Origin: Girardia tigrina
Taxonomy: Eukaryota
DNA length: 55,415 nucleotides
NCBI GenBank assembly: GCA_001938485.1
Contig: MQRK01224761.1
Span: 21,713 to 77,127 of the forward strand
Reading direction: 5' to 3'
In this document: piece by piece, positions 13,204-26,362 of the stretch
Layout: each line of letters begins with the position of its first letter
Numbering within the stretch: the first letter of the stretch is position 1
Notes under the pieces: model-generated
Seen by the model: the letters and a program-made list of their open reading frames with translations, nothing else
What the model was told of the DNA's origin: nothing
Database searches by the model: none
Position numbers and translations under genes: made by a program

Positions 13204-14059
13204 CCCTAAAATGCCCAACTTTTTTTCTGAATAATAAAAACTGTTTTATTACTGTAATAACCCAGCAGATTTCTAACACTCATTACAAAGGACAATCTTA
13301 TCTTTTTATCTTTTGCAAAGGTATTTGTGTTTTTGGGTATGAGTTCAACAACCTTTTATCTTTATGTAATATACATTTTCCTCTTCGTTTGTGATTAAAA
13401 AAAACATTAAATCTTATCTAATGTAATACTTTGTAATTTTCAAATGCCTTTATGCTATGTAATAGTGCTCAATTATGTATCAATGAAATTTATTTTATTT
13501 TATTTATTTATTTGAGTTTATTTTTAACTGGAAGAAGAAGGAAGACAAGAAACTACAAGAAAGAGAGAAGGAATAATGCTATGGAAATTATATAATAGGA
13601 TGAAAAATTAAATTAACGATTACAAAATAATAAATCAATAACTTTATAATCTTGTCGACGTTAGTTGGATTTTATTAATAATTATTCGTTGTGGAAAGTT
13701 TTTGTGCCAATAAATTTTTATGCCAATCGGCTAGTGAGATTCATTTATTTATTTAGTTTCTTGTTAGTGGTTGATTTGTTACGTGTAAATCTTTTCGATT
13801 ATTTTTGTTCACGAGTAAAGATAGATACTTGGCATTTCATACAAATATCTGTTTTTACAATTACCTACACTATTGCTTGCAGTCAACTATGCTGTAACAT
13901 TTGTTGCATCATAATTTTTCAGATAAGTGTGTTCATCATTATGGATAAAACACTCAGCAATACGATAAAAATTAAAGCTCAGACCGAAACATTTCGGGAA
14001 ACTACATTTGACCGTATTTTTTCAAACTTACTTGAAAAGTGACAATGGGCACTTTAGGG
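13204..14059 (-). mobile_element. Non-autonomous piggyBac-type element
   Basis: TTAA-ccctaaaatgccca ... tgggcactttaggg-TTAA (TIR plus TTAA TSD); decayed Cys-rich remnants on the minus strand. Confidence 0.8.
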
Positions 14060-14289
14060 TTAAATAAAATAATTCTTTTCAAGTTAGTTCAGATTTTGGA
14101 TGAGAAGTATAAAACATTGATAGATGAATTTGAGTGAAGGCATTATTACGGATTGTCAAAAAGATGATCCAAATTGTGATTGCAATAAAATTTGTTACAA
14201 ATGTGTGAGTTCTCTTAACAATCTCCTAACCACTAAGAACTATTCCTTTGAGGGGTGATTATTCCAAGGAAAATAAAAGGTTTTAATTT

Positions 14290-14920
14290 GAGGAAGTCCA
14301 GGTCATTTATTGATGATATCACCATCTGTAGTTCATTATTATCATGAAATCTTCGTTTAATATCACTACAAATAATGTATATCGTCTCATAAAATGCTGC
14401 TTGAAATGACTCAATGGTGTTTTTACTTGACTGCTCTATTGACTGGGTGATGATGGAACCTCTTAAACTTTTCGTTTCAGTTCGTTGATTTGAGGTTCAA
14501 TATTGCAACAAAGGTAGAGTTTATGATTTTCATGACATCGGTAAGATCAGATTCTCGACGTTGGAGAATTTTATCTGACGGTTCAACTTATCCAATTTCA
14601 TCATGATTAAAACTAAACGGAAATTGATATCGCTCAAAAGCTTGATAAATACCACAGTGGGAGCCACGTCACTTCTACCAACAGTCGTTGAATGTATTTG
14701 TTTTAATGTTTGAAGAATTTTAGCATAATTGATATACATGATACTGGTAATGTTCAAATGTCCTTGCCATCAATACTCCAATAACCGTAGAACTTAATCA
14801 CCTCCATAAAGTGCTGCAATTCTAGGATGTGAGAGGAATTCATATAACATTGCACATTGGTCGAAATACTGCTTCACAACGCCATCACTCACCGGTAACC
14901 TTTTTATACCGATGATCATT
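14290..14920 (-). pseudogene. Decayed hAT transposase fragment
   Basis: Minus strand reads FDQCAMLYEFLSHPRIAALYGGD*VLRLLEY*WQGHL, resembling the hAT RLLExRWxGH motif. Confidence 0.55.
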
Positions 14921-16964
14921 TCCCCCCCCCATCCAGTCACGTAGACTTCTCACTTCGGACAGTAAAATGTAACCCAACCACTTCATATATATATATATAT
15001 ATATATGAGTGACTGTAGGTCACTACATTAGGAAACCCTTGTTGAAAGCTACTGATACATGACATCACAATTGTTGTTGATTATGTCTGAGGATAGCGGA
15101 ACATCCACAAAATAAGTAATGGAAATTGTCAACATTTTGAAGTTCATTATTTTTAAAAACTCAGGACTATTTCATTTGATATATAAATTAAGTTTTAATT
15201 ACGTGGCTTATTTTTGTCATTAAAGTAATTATTACAACATGTCACTTTTGTAACCGATCATTTAACATTAACAATTAGATTTGGCTTAATAATATCGACT
15301 TCATCGTTCTATTAATGAATACTAATTTTTCCATTTAATCTTATTATGGATTAAAAATTCAAAATCAAATTTGAAATTTCCCTACTTCCTTATCTGAGGA
15401 TACAGCATCAGTTTCAATAAAATTTAAAATATTTATCTTTACTTAATAGGAATACTTTTTAGGGATAAATATCGGCTTTAACAACGGTACTGCAGCAGAT
15501 CGGTCGATAACTGAGGGTTAATATAATTTTTATATTATTCATCTAGTCTTGCATTTATAGAAAAGGTTTCGATCACCTTTGATCATTATTAGTTATGGTT
15601 TTAACAGTGTCATGTTAGCACCTATAAAAAGCCACAAGAGACCTCTAACGGTTTATTTAAACTGCTGAGAATAATCACCCTAAAATTACCCGCTACCTCT
15701 AAAGAAACAATATGTAACGTCTTTCAAATACAATAAGGCTACCTCTCTAACGAATGCAGAAAATGGTTTAAATACAAAATATGCAAATATTATCTATATT
15801 CTTTTAGGAATAAATTTTCAAGAAACAGAAAAGAGAGGACCTCCTCTATCAAATATGATTACTAGGCCTTTTTTCATTTATTGCTGTGAAGTTATAATTT
15901 TAATTGATTTTGGAGCGTCAACAATTATTAATGTGTGGAATCAGTTGAAATTCAGCAGACGATAACTAAGGTGGATAGAAGTAGAGGTGGAGCTCCAGAA
16001 GCTATGCTAGAGATTAATATTTGCAATAACAAATGTTCTACGAGAGGTCTGATTATCAATTAATTTTACCGGGTTACATGGTATAAACGCATAATACTAT
16101 TATCGCTTTCGATGTGATTCAAAATTTTGAAGATCGAAGGATTGATATGGAAGCTTTATCGGCTGTAAGAGATTGAATTGCACTTCGTTAGATTCTTCTG
16201 ATACAAAAAAATTTTTTGAGAAACGTTTGAGAGAAGACTTAGGTCACTTTTTCTTGTATGTATAAAAATTATTACCTAGGCGCATTTTTGTCATAAAGTC
16301 AAAATTAAAGATTTAAAATAGATTATTAAGAAAAGCCTAAAAATGAACTTTCCATGTATTTGTAAGCCTTATTTGGCATGTTTTAGTTCAATAAAGTCAA
16401 AATTTTTGTTACAAGTCAATGTTGTTTAATCTAATTAATGATAATTTCGGTATTGTTTTTCCATAAAGTCGAAATTCAAATTTACCAAAAAAACTGGTCT
16501 AAGATTGATAATTTATCTTTAAAAACATCATTTTCAAATAAAAAGTTTTTAATTTATAGTAAAATAAAAATTTATTTTAATTTGAAATAATCTAAAATTT
16601 ATTCCAAATTGCTGTTTTTTTGATATTCTTCATCATTTTCTACTTGATTTACAACTACCAGATAAAAAGCAATTCTGTTTTTTATATTTCAGTTTCTATA
16701 TTTCATCCAGTTTTTGAGATGTCTAAGTATTGGCGCTGCGTTCCCTAATGTCTCGTCCTTGGAATGATCTCATTAATTAATTATTATTATAATTAATAGT
16801 ATTAGTGATAATTATCAGTATTAAATATTTATTAAAATAAATTTAAATTAAATAATAAAAAATAATTAATAATTAATTAAAGATTAGAAAAATTTTTAAA
16901 TAAAAAAAATTAAAATTAAAGACTAACAAATATATATATATAGGCGTATACAGGAGTATACTCA

Positions 16965-17362
16965 GGTGTATACATGAAGAAGGTCGATACAGGAACCAGA
17001 AGGCATATGTGATCTTCATTGATTTGGAAAATGCATTTGACAGTGTCCGGCACGAAGTTCTGTGGGCTTGCCTGAAAAGATTGGGCTTAACCGACAAGAT
17101 TCTCTGTATTATCAAAGAATTTCATGAGAATTTTATTGCGACTATAGGAAACAGTAATTTTCCCATTGAAAGAGGTGTTAGGCAGGGATGTGTGATGGGG
17201 CCTGGTTTATTCAACTTGGTCTTCGATGAAGTGATCAAAACGGCTATCCTGAAATGATTTGGGGGAGGTGTCGCCCTGATCGATGAGCAAGGCACTGAAT
17301 TTCAAGTGAACAGACTTGAATATGCAGATGACCTCTGTATCATCGATTCTGATATTGATCTA
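16965..17362 (+). mobile_element. LINE (RTE-like) reverse transcriptase fragment
   Basis: FIDLENAFDSV, GVRQGCVMGPGLFNL and, past a stop, LEYADDL; ends at a hAT insertion. Confidence 0.92.
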
Positions 17363-17365
17363 GCC

Positions 17366-17610
17366 CAGGGGTCGGCAACCTGCGGCTCGCGAGCCACATG
17401 CGGCTCTTTGGATGTGAAGCTGCAGCTCTTTAGTTCCATACGAAAAGTATTTGGAATTATTTAAAATTAAGTCCAGATTCTTTTATTTTTATAAATTAAA
17501 AAACAAAACACAATGTTCCCGAAAATAACCGAGTGTTACGAGGACACGTTCTGACATGTCCGTTCGGGCAGTCGGCGATACCCGCATACGACAGGCCGCC
17601 GCGCGAGACA
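17366..17610. mobile_element. Left end of a Charlie/Buster-group hAT transposon running into an assembly gap
   Basis: caggggtcggcaacctgcggctcgcgagccacatgcggctcttt terminus, preceded by atctagcc, which resembles the nTCTAGAn target preference. Confidence 0.75.
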
Positions 17611-17994
17611 NNNNNNNNNNNNNNNNNNNNNNNNNNNNNNNNNNNNNNNNNNNNNNNNNNNNNNNNNNNNNNNNNNNNNNNNNNNNNNNNNNNNNNNNNN
17701 NNNNNNNNNNNNNNNNNNNNNNNNNNNNNNNNNNNNNNNNNNNNNNNNNNNNNNNNNNNNNNNNNNNNNNNNNNNNNNNNNNNNNNNNNNNNNNNNNNNN
17801 NNNNNNNNNNNNNNNNNNNNNNNNNNNNNNNNNNNNNNNNNNNNTTTATGGAACATTTAAATTTTCCTGTTTCTCAATTACATTTTTCGAAAAAAATTAA
17901 AATCGCATTTTTTATTTAAGTCGATTTAATGGTTCTACAATTATTTTTTACTTTCAGTTTTAAAAAGATTCTAGCCTGTAAAAACCTGGATATA

Positions 17995-18231
17995 TTGGGT
18001 TGAGGAACAAGTTCCCGCCATTTTTGAAAAATTAAAATTTTATTTTTTAACAAAAAAGTTACTACAAATTAATCACAAATATAATCTCTGCCATTGTTCA
18101 CGACTTCTTCCCAACGTTCAACGAGTTTTTCAATGCCTCTTTGGTAGAAATCGCCCAAATCAAAAAATTTGATTTAAATATTAAATTGATTAAAAATTCA
18201 AAAAACGGCGGGAACTTATTCCTCAACGTAA
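17995..18231 (-). mobile_element. Mariner-derived MITE keeping the transposase C-terminus
   Basis: TIRs ttgggttgaggaacaagttcccgcc / ggcgggaacttattcctcaacgtaa; minus strand encodes DFYQRGIEKLVERWEEVVNNGRDYICD*. Confidence 0.88.
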
Positions 18232-18693
18232 TTTATACGTAACGTGTTTTTTTATATTAAATTAATGTAAATTATTGAAAAATCTCAATCTAGAATGAAA
18301 AAACTGTGCTTTAAACATAAATAAGTTTAAATTTTTAATAAAAAATAACACGAACTTACCGCAACAAAATTCTGAATTGATTTGAAGTGAAATTGCACAA
18401 ATAAAAATCATAAAAAATCAAGTTCAACTTTAATTTACTCAAAGTAAATGTAATTTTAATTCCTCAATAAAGGAGAAAACTCCTCACACTATGAGAAAAT
18501 ATTTCTTCACTAACACTACATTAAAGAATTGAATAAATTTTTACTATCTGTTAAGAGAAGATGAAATATAATTTAAAATTCATTTTTTACCATATGAATT
18601 ATTATTAATTTATTTATCTACTTACAATTGTAAGTAAATAATATGAGCGTTCCTCACAGAATCAGTCAGTCAGTCAGTCAGTCACAGATCAAT

Positions 18694-18730
<37 letters not shown>

Positions 18731-19095
18731 AATGATTGCATTATAATGCATTTTTAAAATTAAACTATATTTGCCTGATATTAAGATTTAGGCATTAGGA
18801 TTATGCCTACAATATGTATTAAAATTATTTTTATAACCGACTAAATGATAATTTAAATTGGTTATTAGAATAACAGTTTATCACACTAATTGATGATGCG
18901 ACATTACGATAAAAATATCGAAGAATCGTTTGAATTCACTATTTACAGTCAACACTCTATTATTTCACAAACTATGTAATTTCACAGACTAAGTGACAAA
19001 ACCAAAATAAATCACAGTGTTAGGATCACATTTTTGCCTATAATTTCACAGTCTTAAAAAAACATAATTCCTGTAAAACTAGTTATTACTATTTG

Positions 19096-20371
19096 TTAGT
19101 TGTATAACTTAGTTTTTTGGATTTTCTAAGAGATGGTGTAACCTTTGTAATAAACATTATTTTACAGTCGTACGTACAGATCTTTAAAGTGCTGAAATCG
19201 AGGCATTAAAATGAAGTAGGTCATTGACCTTAAATGCGTCACAAACATATTTTTAATCACGTTTTAGCATGACAACTTTCATACCAACAAAACAGCATTT
19301 GCGGGAAGTACTACTGTTTTGTTTTAATCACAAGAAAAAAGCTGCAGACAGTTTTCGGCTTCTTGAAGAAACTTATGGTCAACATTCACCAACTCAACAG
19401 ACTTGCGAGAACTGGTATAAACGTTTCAAAAGTGGAGATTTCGACGTAAGNNNNNNNNNNNNNNNNNNNNNNNNNNNNNNNNNNNNNNNNNNNNNNNNNN
19501 NNNNNNNNNNNNNNNNNNNNNNNNNNNNNNNNNNNNNNNNNNNNNNNNNNNNNNNNNNNNNNNNNNNNNNNNNNNNNNNNNNNNNNNNNNNNNNNNNNNN
19601 NNNNNNNNNNNNNNNNNNNNNNNNNNNNNNNNNNNNNNNNNNNNNNNNNNNNNNNNNNNTGATATTCAATTCATTGCTTACAAGACAACGAAGATGGTCG
19701 TTTTTGCATAATATTGTGACTGGAGATGAAAAATGGATTTATTATGTTAACTCTAAACGCAAGAAATCGTGGGTTCAATCGGAGAACCGTCCACGTCAAC
19801 AGCAAAAAGAAACATTCATGGAAGCAAGGTTATGTTGTGCATTTGGTGGGATCAGAAAGGTGTACTGTGCTATGAGCTGCTGAATTCGAATGAAACTGTT
19901 AANNNNNNNNNNNNNNNNNNNNNNNNNNNNNNNNNNNNNNNNNNNNNNNNNNAGTTAATGAAATTGAACGATGCATTGAAGGAAAAACGTCCTATTCCAG
20001 CCAACAAACAGCGCACAGTGATTTTGCTCCATGACAATGCTCGACCACATGTCGCAAAACAAGTAAAAACATGTTGGAAGCACTTAAATGGGAAATTCTA
20101 CCGCATACTGCCTATTCACCAGATTGTGCCCCATCAGATTATCATCTGTTCCGATCAATGCAAAGCACTCTCCGGGACCAGCACTTCAGAAACCAAAAAC
20201 TTTCAGAAGACCAAAACTTTTTTTTCGATGGAATTTATAATTTGCCTGAAAGATGGTCGAAAGTCATAATTAACGATGGAAAATATTTTGATTAGAATAA
20301 AACTTATTATATCATATAAATAAACTTGTCTGTTCTGCAAAAAAATCCAAAAAACTAAGTTATACACCTAA
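19096..20371 (+). mobile_element. Full-length (~1.28 kb) Mos1-like mariner (DD34D), frameshifted, two gaps inside
   Basis: TIRs ttagttgtataacttagttttttggatttt / aaaatccaaaaaactaagttatacacctaa-TA. Transposase 19269-20295 with MTTFIPTKQHLREVLLFCF, IVTGDEKW, LLHDNARPH and YSPDCAPSDYHLF. Confidence 0.95.
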
Positions 20372-20569
20372 TAAAAAAACTATGTTTTATTTAAAATGAT
20401 AAAATCTTGTTTTAAAAAACTGTTTTGTAATAATTAAATTCTGAATTCTGAAAAGTAAAGGAGTTTATTTATTGTTATTAATTTATTTTTCAATTTAGGA
20501 AAACTAATATCCCAACACTCTCAATATGAAGATTTTTAACAAATCGGTATTTTAACAAAAATCGTTTTT

Positions 20570-20800
20570 TCCCTAAATAGTCCTTCAAAAATTCAAACTC
20601 TAGATTCGAGTTTTATAACAGTTTTCGAAAGAAAATACAAAATATGTTTTATAAAATGGTTCTATGAAAATTACAAGCTTAACGAAAATGCTACAAAGAT
20701 AAACCTTCTTGAATCAATAAGATTTGTGGTAAAAGCTTGGGATGGGATAAGAAAAATTACAATAAAAATTGTTGGAAACATACTGGGCTAATTTACGTTA
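20570..20800 (+). pseudogene. pogo/Tigger transposase fragment
   Basis: SKIQTLDSSFITVFERKY...INLLESIRFVVKAWDGI...CWKHTGL. Confidence 0.65.
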
Positions 20801-20959
20801 AAGAATCTTTTGACATGAACGAGGAAAATTTAAATTATCATGAAATGAATTCAACAATTTCTGGGTCGGGTATTATGGATTTCACAACCAGTGACATTTG
20901 AAGAACATATTTCAATTGAAAGAGAAGGTGATAAAGGGAAGAAGAATAAAGTGAAACTT

Positions 20960-21330
20960 TTAAATAAGATAATAAAATATTAATTTGATTTATTTATTAA
21001 ATAGTATAAAAATTAATTAACTTATTCAAAATTTTAAAATTATTTGAAATTAAAAATAAATTGAAACATTACATATTTGTCGATAATAAGAATTAAAATA
21101 TTAATCATCCATCTGGGTAGGAGAGACACATTTCCAAATCAACATACACATTCAAACACAAAACATTCAAATATTCCTCACATAGCATAAGCCCAAAAAC
21201 TTTTGTACTACGTTTTTTGCTTCATCGTCTCGTATGTCCATATAACGTATTACATTTAACACTGATTTAAACAGAGCAATTGATCGAGTTTCATTTAATT
21301 ATGAGATCAGATTTAACAATTCGATTAATG
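20960..21330 (-). repeat. piggyBac-derived dispersed repeat (inverted copy of ~46828-47090; related copies ~12895-13130 and ~45270-45500)
   Basis: Shared tgtgtctctcctacccagatggatgattaatattt core; translation IF*MFDVLCLNVY in the 46828 copy resembles the piggyBac xFxxxLDxxxxNAY motif. Confidence 0.65.
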
Positions 21331-22235
21331 AATGATAGTTTTCAGGTTGCAAAAATCGAATGAAGTGTACTAAGAAAGCGATTTAATAATTCTCGAGCGA
21401 AAAACCCCCGGGTATAAATTATGCTATCTGGAGCAAAATAGAGATTGGAATTATTTAACGTTTTCATAAAAAAATCCTTTAACACTCGCGTATGACTCGA
21501 ATGATAAATTAACCGGAGAGTCGAGAAACTCTATCATAGCCCATTTTAAATTCACTCTACTTTCGTGAATTGATGTTTTTCTATCACTTTCCATTGAGCT
21601 CGGATTTCCTTTGTTCCTTCGAAATTTGAAATTTCATTACAAAAAAGAATTTGGAAATTTAACTCCGAGTTCGAAATCAATTCCCAAATCAAATGGAAAT
21701 TCTTTAGATAATTTTTATTCAATAATATGTAAGTTGATCTGTTATTTTTTTTATTATAAACCATTTGAAAATTCCTTAAATTAAAAATTCAAAAGCTCGC
21801 CAAACTTTATTTATTTCAAATGCTCGATTTCAACAACAATTTTTTTTTCGCAATTGTTTTATTTTTTTTAATTCTGGCAAAAAGAAAAATCAACAATACA
21901 CACATACACAATTGACAATTTTTCTCCCAAATAACACGACACGCATACACATTAACAATCAATTACATTCAAACACACTTTATCACATTGTAAAATTTTA
22001 CAATTAGATACACACACGCAATTAAACTATTATTCCAGTCTTTTTGGTCCAAGCAAATGGACAAAGACAATTTTTTACACTCAAAAAACAATCACTGATT
22101 AAAATTTGAAAATAAAGTTTTTTAGAAGAGATTCGATGTTATCATGAAGAAAGAGAACGAATTATCTACAGTAATACATTAATATTGAAACCACCACTAT
22201 GAAACCAAAGGAAAATGATGGTTTATCACAATATT

Positions 22236-22283
<48 letters not shown>

Positions 22284-22288
<5 letters not shown>

Positions 22289-23580
22289 CTGTCGAAAATC
22301 CATTATAATACATAAACAAGCAATTCATAGAAAGAAGAAAAGACAATAACGATGTAATACATATATTCTAAGTTTTTACTACATGAAATCGCACATCGAA
22401 CCTCGAAGTTGACCCTGATCTCCTTGTAGACCGATGGAACATCGCAGAGATTAAAACATAATATAAGGAAAATAGACAAAGTTGAATAAAAACGCACCTG
22501 ATAAAAGAAACTGAATGAACATCCCCGTCGGAGTAGAGTTTTGTTGGGAACATCTGTGACAATAAATCGTCGGAAGATTGCGTCGCCTTGAGAAAAGTTA
22601 TCAGCCCTGAAAGATAATTAATTAATAACCAGACAGAAAACAATAAGAAGCTTTACTGAATTATCCACTAGGGTTAAGAGGTCATCCGACCCTCTCCGAA
22701 TAGGTCTCTCCGAGTATAATCCAGGAGCGAAACCAGCATTCGAGTCACACCTTCCGAAAAGAAGATACGGGCCCTGTAAAATTATAAAATTAATTAAAAA
22801 TATAAAGAGAATTAATTAAAATTACCATGAGTCAACCGCAATTCCAAAAATATCGGTTGTGTGATTAAGCACCATGAATCACGGTGAATCACCAGGTGTC
22901 TGAAATTGACTCATCATCAGAGAATCCTATAGTAAATCAAAAACTTACTTTCAAAATCGTAGGCACACGGGCACGCGCAACACAAGCGTAGTTCCAAAGA
23001 ACCAACCACTATCACAGAATTCGTAGAATTTCTCGTTGGCAGATGGCAATTGGTCGATTGCATTAAGACGACACTCTTCTAAAGCAATTTTGAGCGACAC
23101 CGTTTACGACACTTGTTAGTGAAAACTAGAACAACTGATCAAAGTTAATCGAACGGACGAATCAAACAACAAATCACCTGTGAAAAGCGGCAACACCATC
23201 AGGCAGAGAATTGACAGGCGAACTAGAGACACCGAGAGAGCGAACTCCAGATTCAAATTCGGACTTACGAACAGGCGCTTCAACCTATTGATGCGTCGAC
23301 TGGCGAAAGAGAACTAGCGAATAACCAATTGACGAACTATTTAGCAGACCTCCGGATACCGACCGCATTGTAAATTGATTTAATTGGTATTATTTCTTTG
23401 ATTTTGATAGCCTGAATAAATGTGTTCGATTAAAATTCTATTTGGGCCGTTGTCCCAGCTGTCGTCGTCGCCTTCGTTCTGGAAGAAATCTAGATGAGAT
23501 CTAAAATGCGAATAGTAAGTAATTTGAATCCGCGACGTGAGTCCGAAATCGATCGTGACATTGAGAATGAAACATTTAGA
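22284..23580 (-). other. GC-richer block with three canonical mini-introns on the minus strand and a TGTTG LTR-like terminus abutting (TA)n; decayed gene or LTR segment
   Basis: Minus-strand introns 22948-22900 (GTAAGT..TTTCAG), 22825-22774 (GTAATT..TTACAG), 22656-22607 (GTAAAG..TTTCAG); no continuous spliced ORF. Confidence 0.5.
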
Positions 23581-23759
23581 CAAATAAAAATTTCCTTATA
23601 ATTTCTTTAGAATAATTATAATTTCTTTTATCATTTTATTTCTTTTCAATTTTTCTTTCAAATCGTTAATGGAATTTTTCTTTGAATGTATTTTAGTCGA
23701 AAGTGAATCTTACAATAAAATCCTATTGACAATCTGAGTTGTGTCACGGGTGTTGTGCC

Positions 23760-26362
23760 AAGTGTTAACCTGAACAAACACAATTATGAGATTGAATTTA
23801 AGGATAATTAGACGGTTAAACGGAAGTGGAAAGATGAGGCGCCGAGTTATCTACCAATTCGACATTCGACTTTTAAGGATGACAAATCGAAAGACATAGC
23901 GACAATAAAAATCCTTGAGGAGTGAATGAAGAAGGGCTATTTAATCGATTATGACGAGAAGGAAATGGGTAAATCGATAGGATCTAGACCCATATTTGGA
24001 ATATTGCAAGTTAACAAATCCAAGATAAGACCGATCTTTGATTTTAGGAAATTAAACAATTATGTAGACGTGTACAGTGGTTCAGCAGATATATGTTTGG
24101 AAAAACTTCGTACCTGGCGGCAAAAAGGATCAAGATTTTCCATGCTTTATTTATCAGAGGCGTATATGCAGATCCACGTTCACAAGGAAATGTGGTGTTA
24201 TCAATCATGTGTCATTAATGGAAAAAAGTACGCTCTAACCAGGATGGGCTTTGGTTTAAATATCGTTCCGACCATTTTGACTGAAATTGTAAAGTGGATT
24301 TTAAATTCTGATCCTAGAGTACGTGAAAATACCGACTCGTACATCAATGATATTTACGTTGACAAAACTACAATCACAGTTGACGAAAGTAGAATGTTGT
24401 CCGAGAAATTTAGTTTTAAATGTAAAAAACCAGAAAATCTCTGAATGGATAAAGAGGTACGAGTGTTGGGAGTTAAAGTCTTTAAAGATAATAATTCGGT
24501 GAGATGGATGAGAGATAATAATTTCAAAGACGAGGTAGTTGCTGAATCAATATCGCGTCGCGAGTTATATTCCTGTGTGGCCAATTAGTAAGAATCCACC
24601 CTGTTGCTGGTTGGTTACGTCCATCATGCTCCTACAGGAAAAGGTTCAGTGAAGGAAAATGGGATGAGAAAATAGATGTCGAATTATTCGAGAAAATCAA
24701 ATTTGTTTTGAAAAAACTGAAGGAGGAAGATTCTTGTAGAGGAATAAGGAGTATTGATGATTGTAAAGATGGCATCATATGGTTTGATGCCAGTTCGATA
24801 ACCATTGGGATAGTATTGGAAGTTAAAGGAAATATTATAGAAAACGCATCGTGGTTAAGGAAAACTGACGATTCTAGGCACATAAACGTAACAGAACTAG
24901 AAGCAGATGTAAAGGTTCTAAATCTGTGTATTAAATGGGGACTAACGAATGTTGTAGTAAAATCAGATAACAAATCAGTTGTTTCTTGGATAACTGAAGC
25001 AGTATCAGAGCGAAATAAATTACACATGAAAGCCTCTTCCGAGCTTTTGATAAAGCGCCGATTGTCAATGATTAAGGAGTTGTGTCAGGAATACGAAATA
25101 ACATTGAAAATTGAGTTTGTTAATAGTGAAGACAACAAGGCTGATGAACTGACAAAAATAGCCAAACAATTAAAACGAAGTAGTAGCCTTTTGTCTGTAA
25201 CAGATGACCTATTCAAACTACAGAAACTTCATGATAGATGTCATTTAGGTGCAAAGAGGCTGCGATATCTGTGCGATAAGTTGGAAATAAATGTGTCAAA
25301 TGCGAATATAAGGGATTTGATCTCGAAGTGTTGCCAATCTATTGATCCGGCGCCAATAAAATGGGAAACTGGATAATTAGTTGTTAATGAAAACTGGACA
25401 AGACTTGCAGCGGATGTCACAAAATTTGATCAACAAAAATTCTTAAGTATCATTGATTGTGGACCCTCTCGATTTGCAGTATGGAAACTAATAAAAGCTG
25501 AGGATGTCAAGTCGATTGTTACAGAGTTTTTAAATTTGGTCTGCGAGCGTGGATCTCTCAAGGAGTTGATTATTGATTATACGACATTTCATTCAGCCGA
25601 ATTCAGCAAGTTGATGGAGTAGTGGAATGTACATTTCCTATACTGCGCTATTAATCGACCAAATTGCAACGGAATAATAGAGAGAAATCATAAGACAATC
25701 AAGAGAATTGAGTCTAGATCAAATATCAGTATCATGGAAGCCTTATGGTTGTATAACAATACATCGTCCGACGGAAAGGAGACACCCAGTTCAGCACTTT
25801 ACAAGTACATTCCAGTTGGTTTTGAGATAATCGAAAGAATTGAAAAAGAGCCGGTTTACAATAAGGTAAAGACAGACTTCGTAGAGCAACAGTTAGTCTG
25901 GGTAAAGCCTGAAAATAATATGCCATGTACAAAACAATGGACAAGAGGCGTTGTGGTTAGGAAATTGGATCAAAGAAAGTACTTAATAAATTGTGATGGT
26001 TTTTGTGGTCCACGGCATATAGCAGATATTCGACCAAGACAACCAGACCTGCCGCGAAACTCTTACTCTGATTACATGTTGGAAAATAACAACGAATCAG
26101 CTCCGAGTGTTAAGCAAAGTGAATCGGGAATGAGCAACAGACCCCAAAGAGAAAGACGAAAACCGAAATATTTGAACGAGTATGTGGTAGATATAGATTC
26201 TTGTGATGAAGAATCTAGGGGGAATGTTACATGTTAAATTTATTTCTTAAATGAAATATTTAACATGAAAAAATATAGATAATTATTTGTTTAAATAATA
26301 TCTATTTTAAAAAGTATTGTTAGTGAAAAATAAATTTTATAGATTTGTTATTCGTTGTTACA
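23760..26362 (+). mobile_element. pol: Degenerate Gypsy-order LTR retrotransposon pol (RT-RNase H-integrase) with PPT and probable short 3' LTR
   Basis: RT RPIFDFRKLN, RMGFGLNIVP, SYINDI; RNase H WFDASS...HINVTELE...NKADELT; integrase LAADV, IDCGPSRFAVW, NGIIERNHKTIK; polypurine agggggaa 26217-26224 then TGTTAC at 26225 ... GTTACA 26362. Confidence 0.9.

Noticed and set aside
13665-14042. 125-aa hydrophobic ORF, and similar short I/F/L/N/K-rich ORFs (30118, 36628, 42986, 46443)
   Set aside because: Antisense to TE or pseudogene remnants, or products of AT-rich composition; no motifs.
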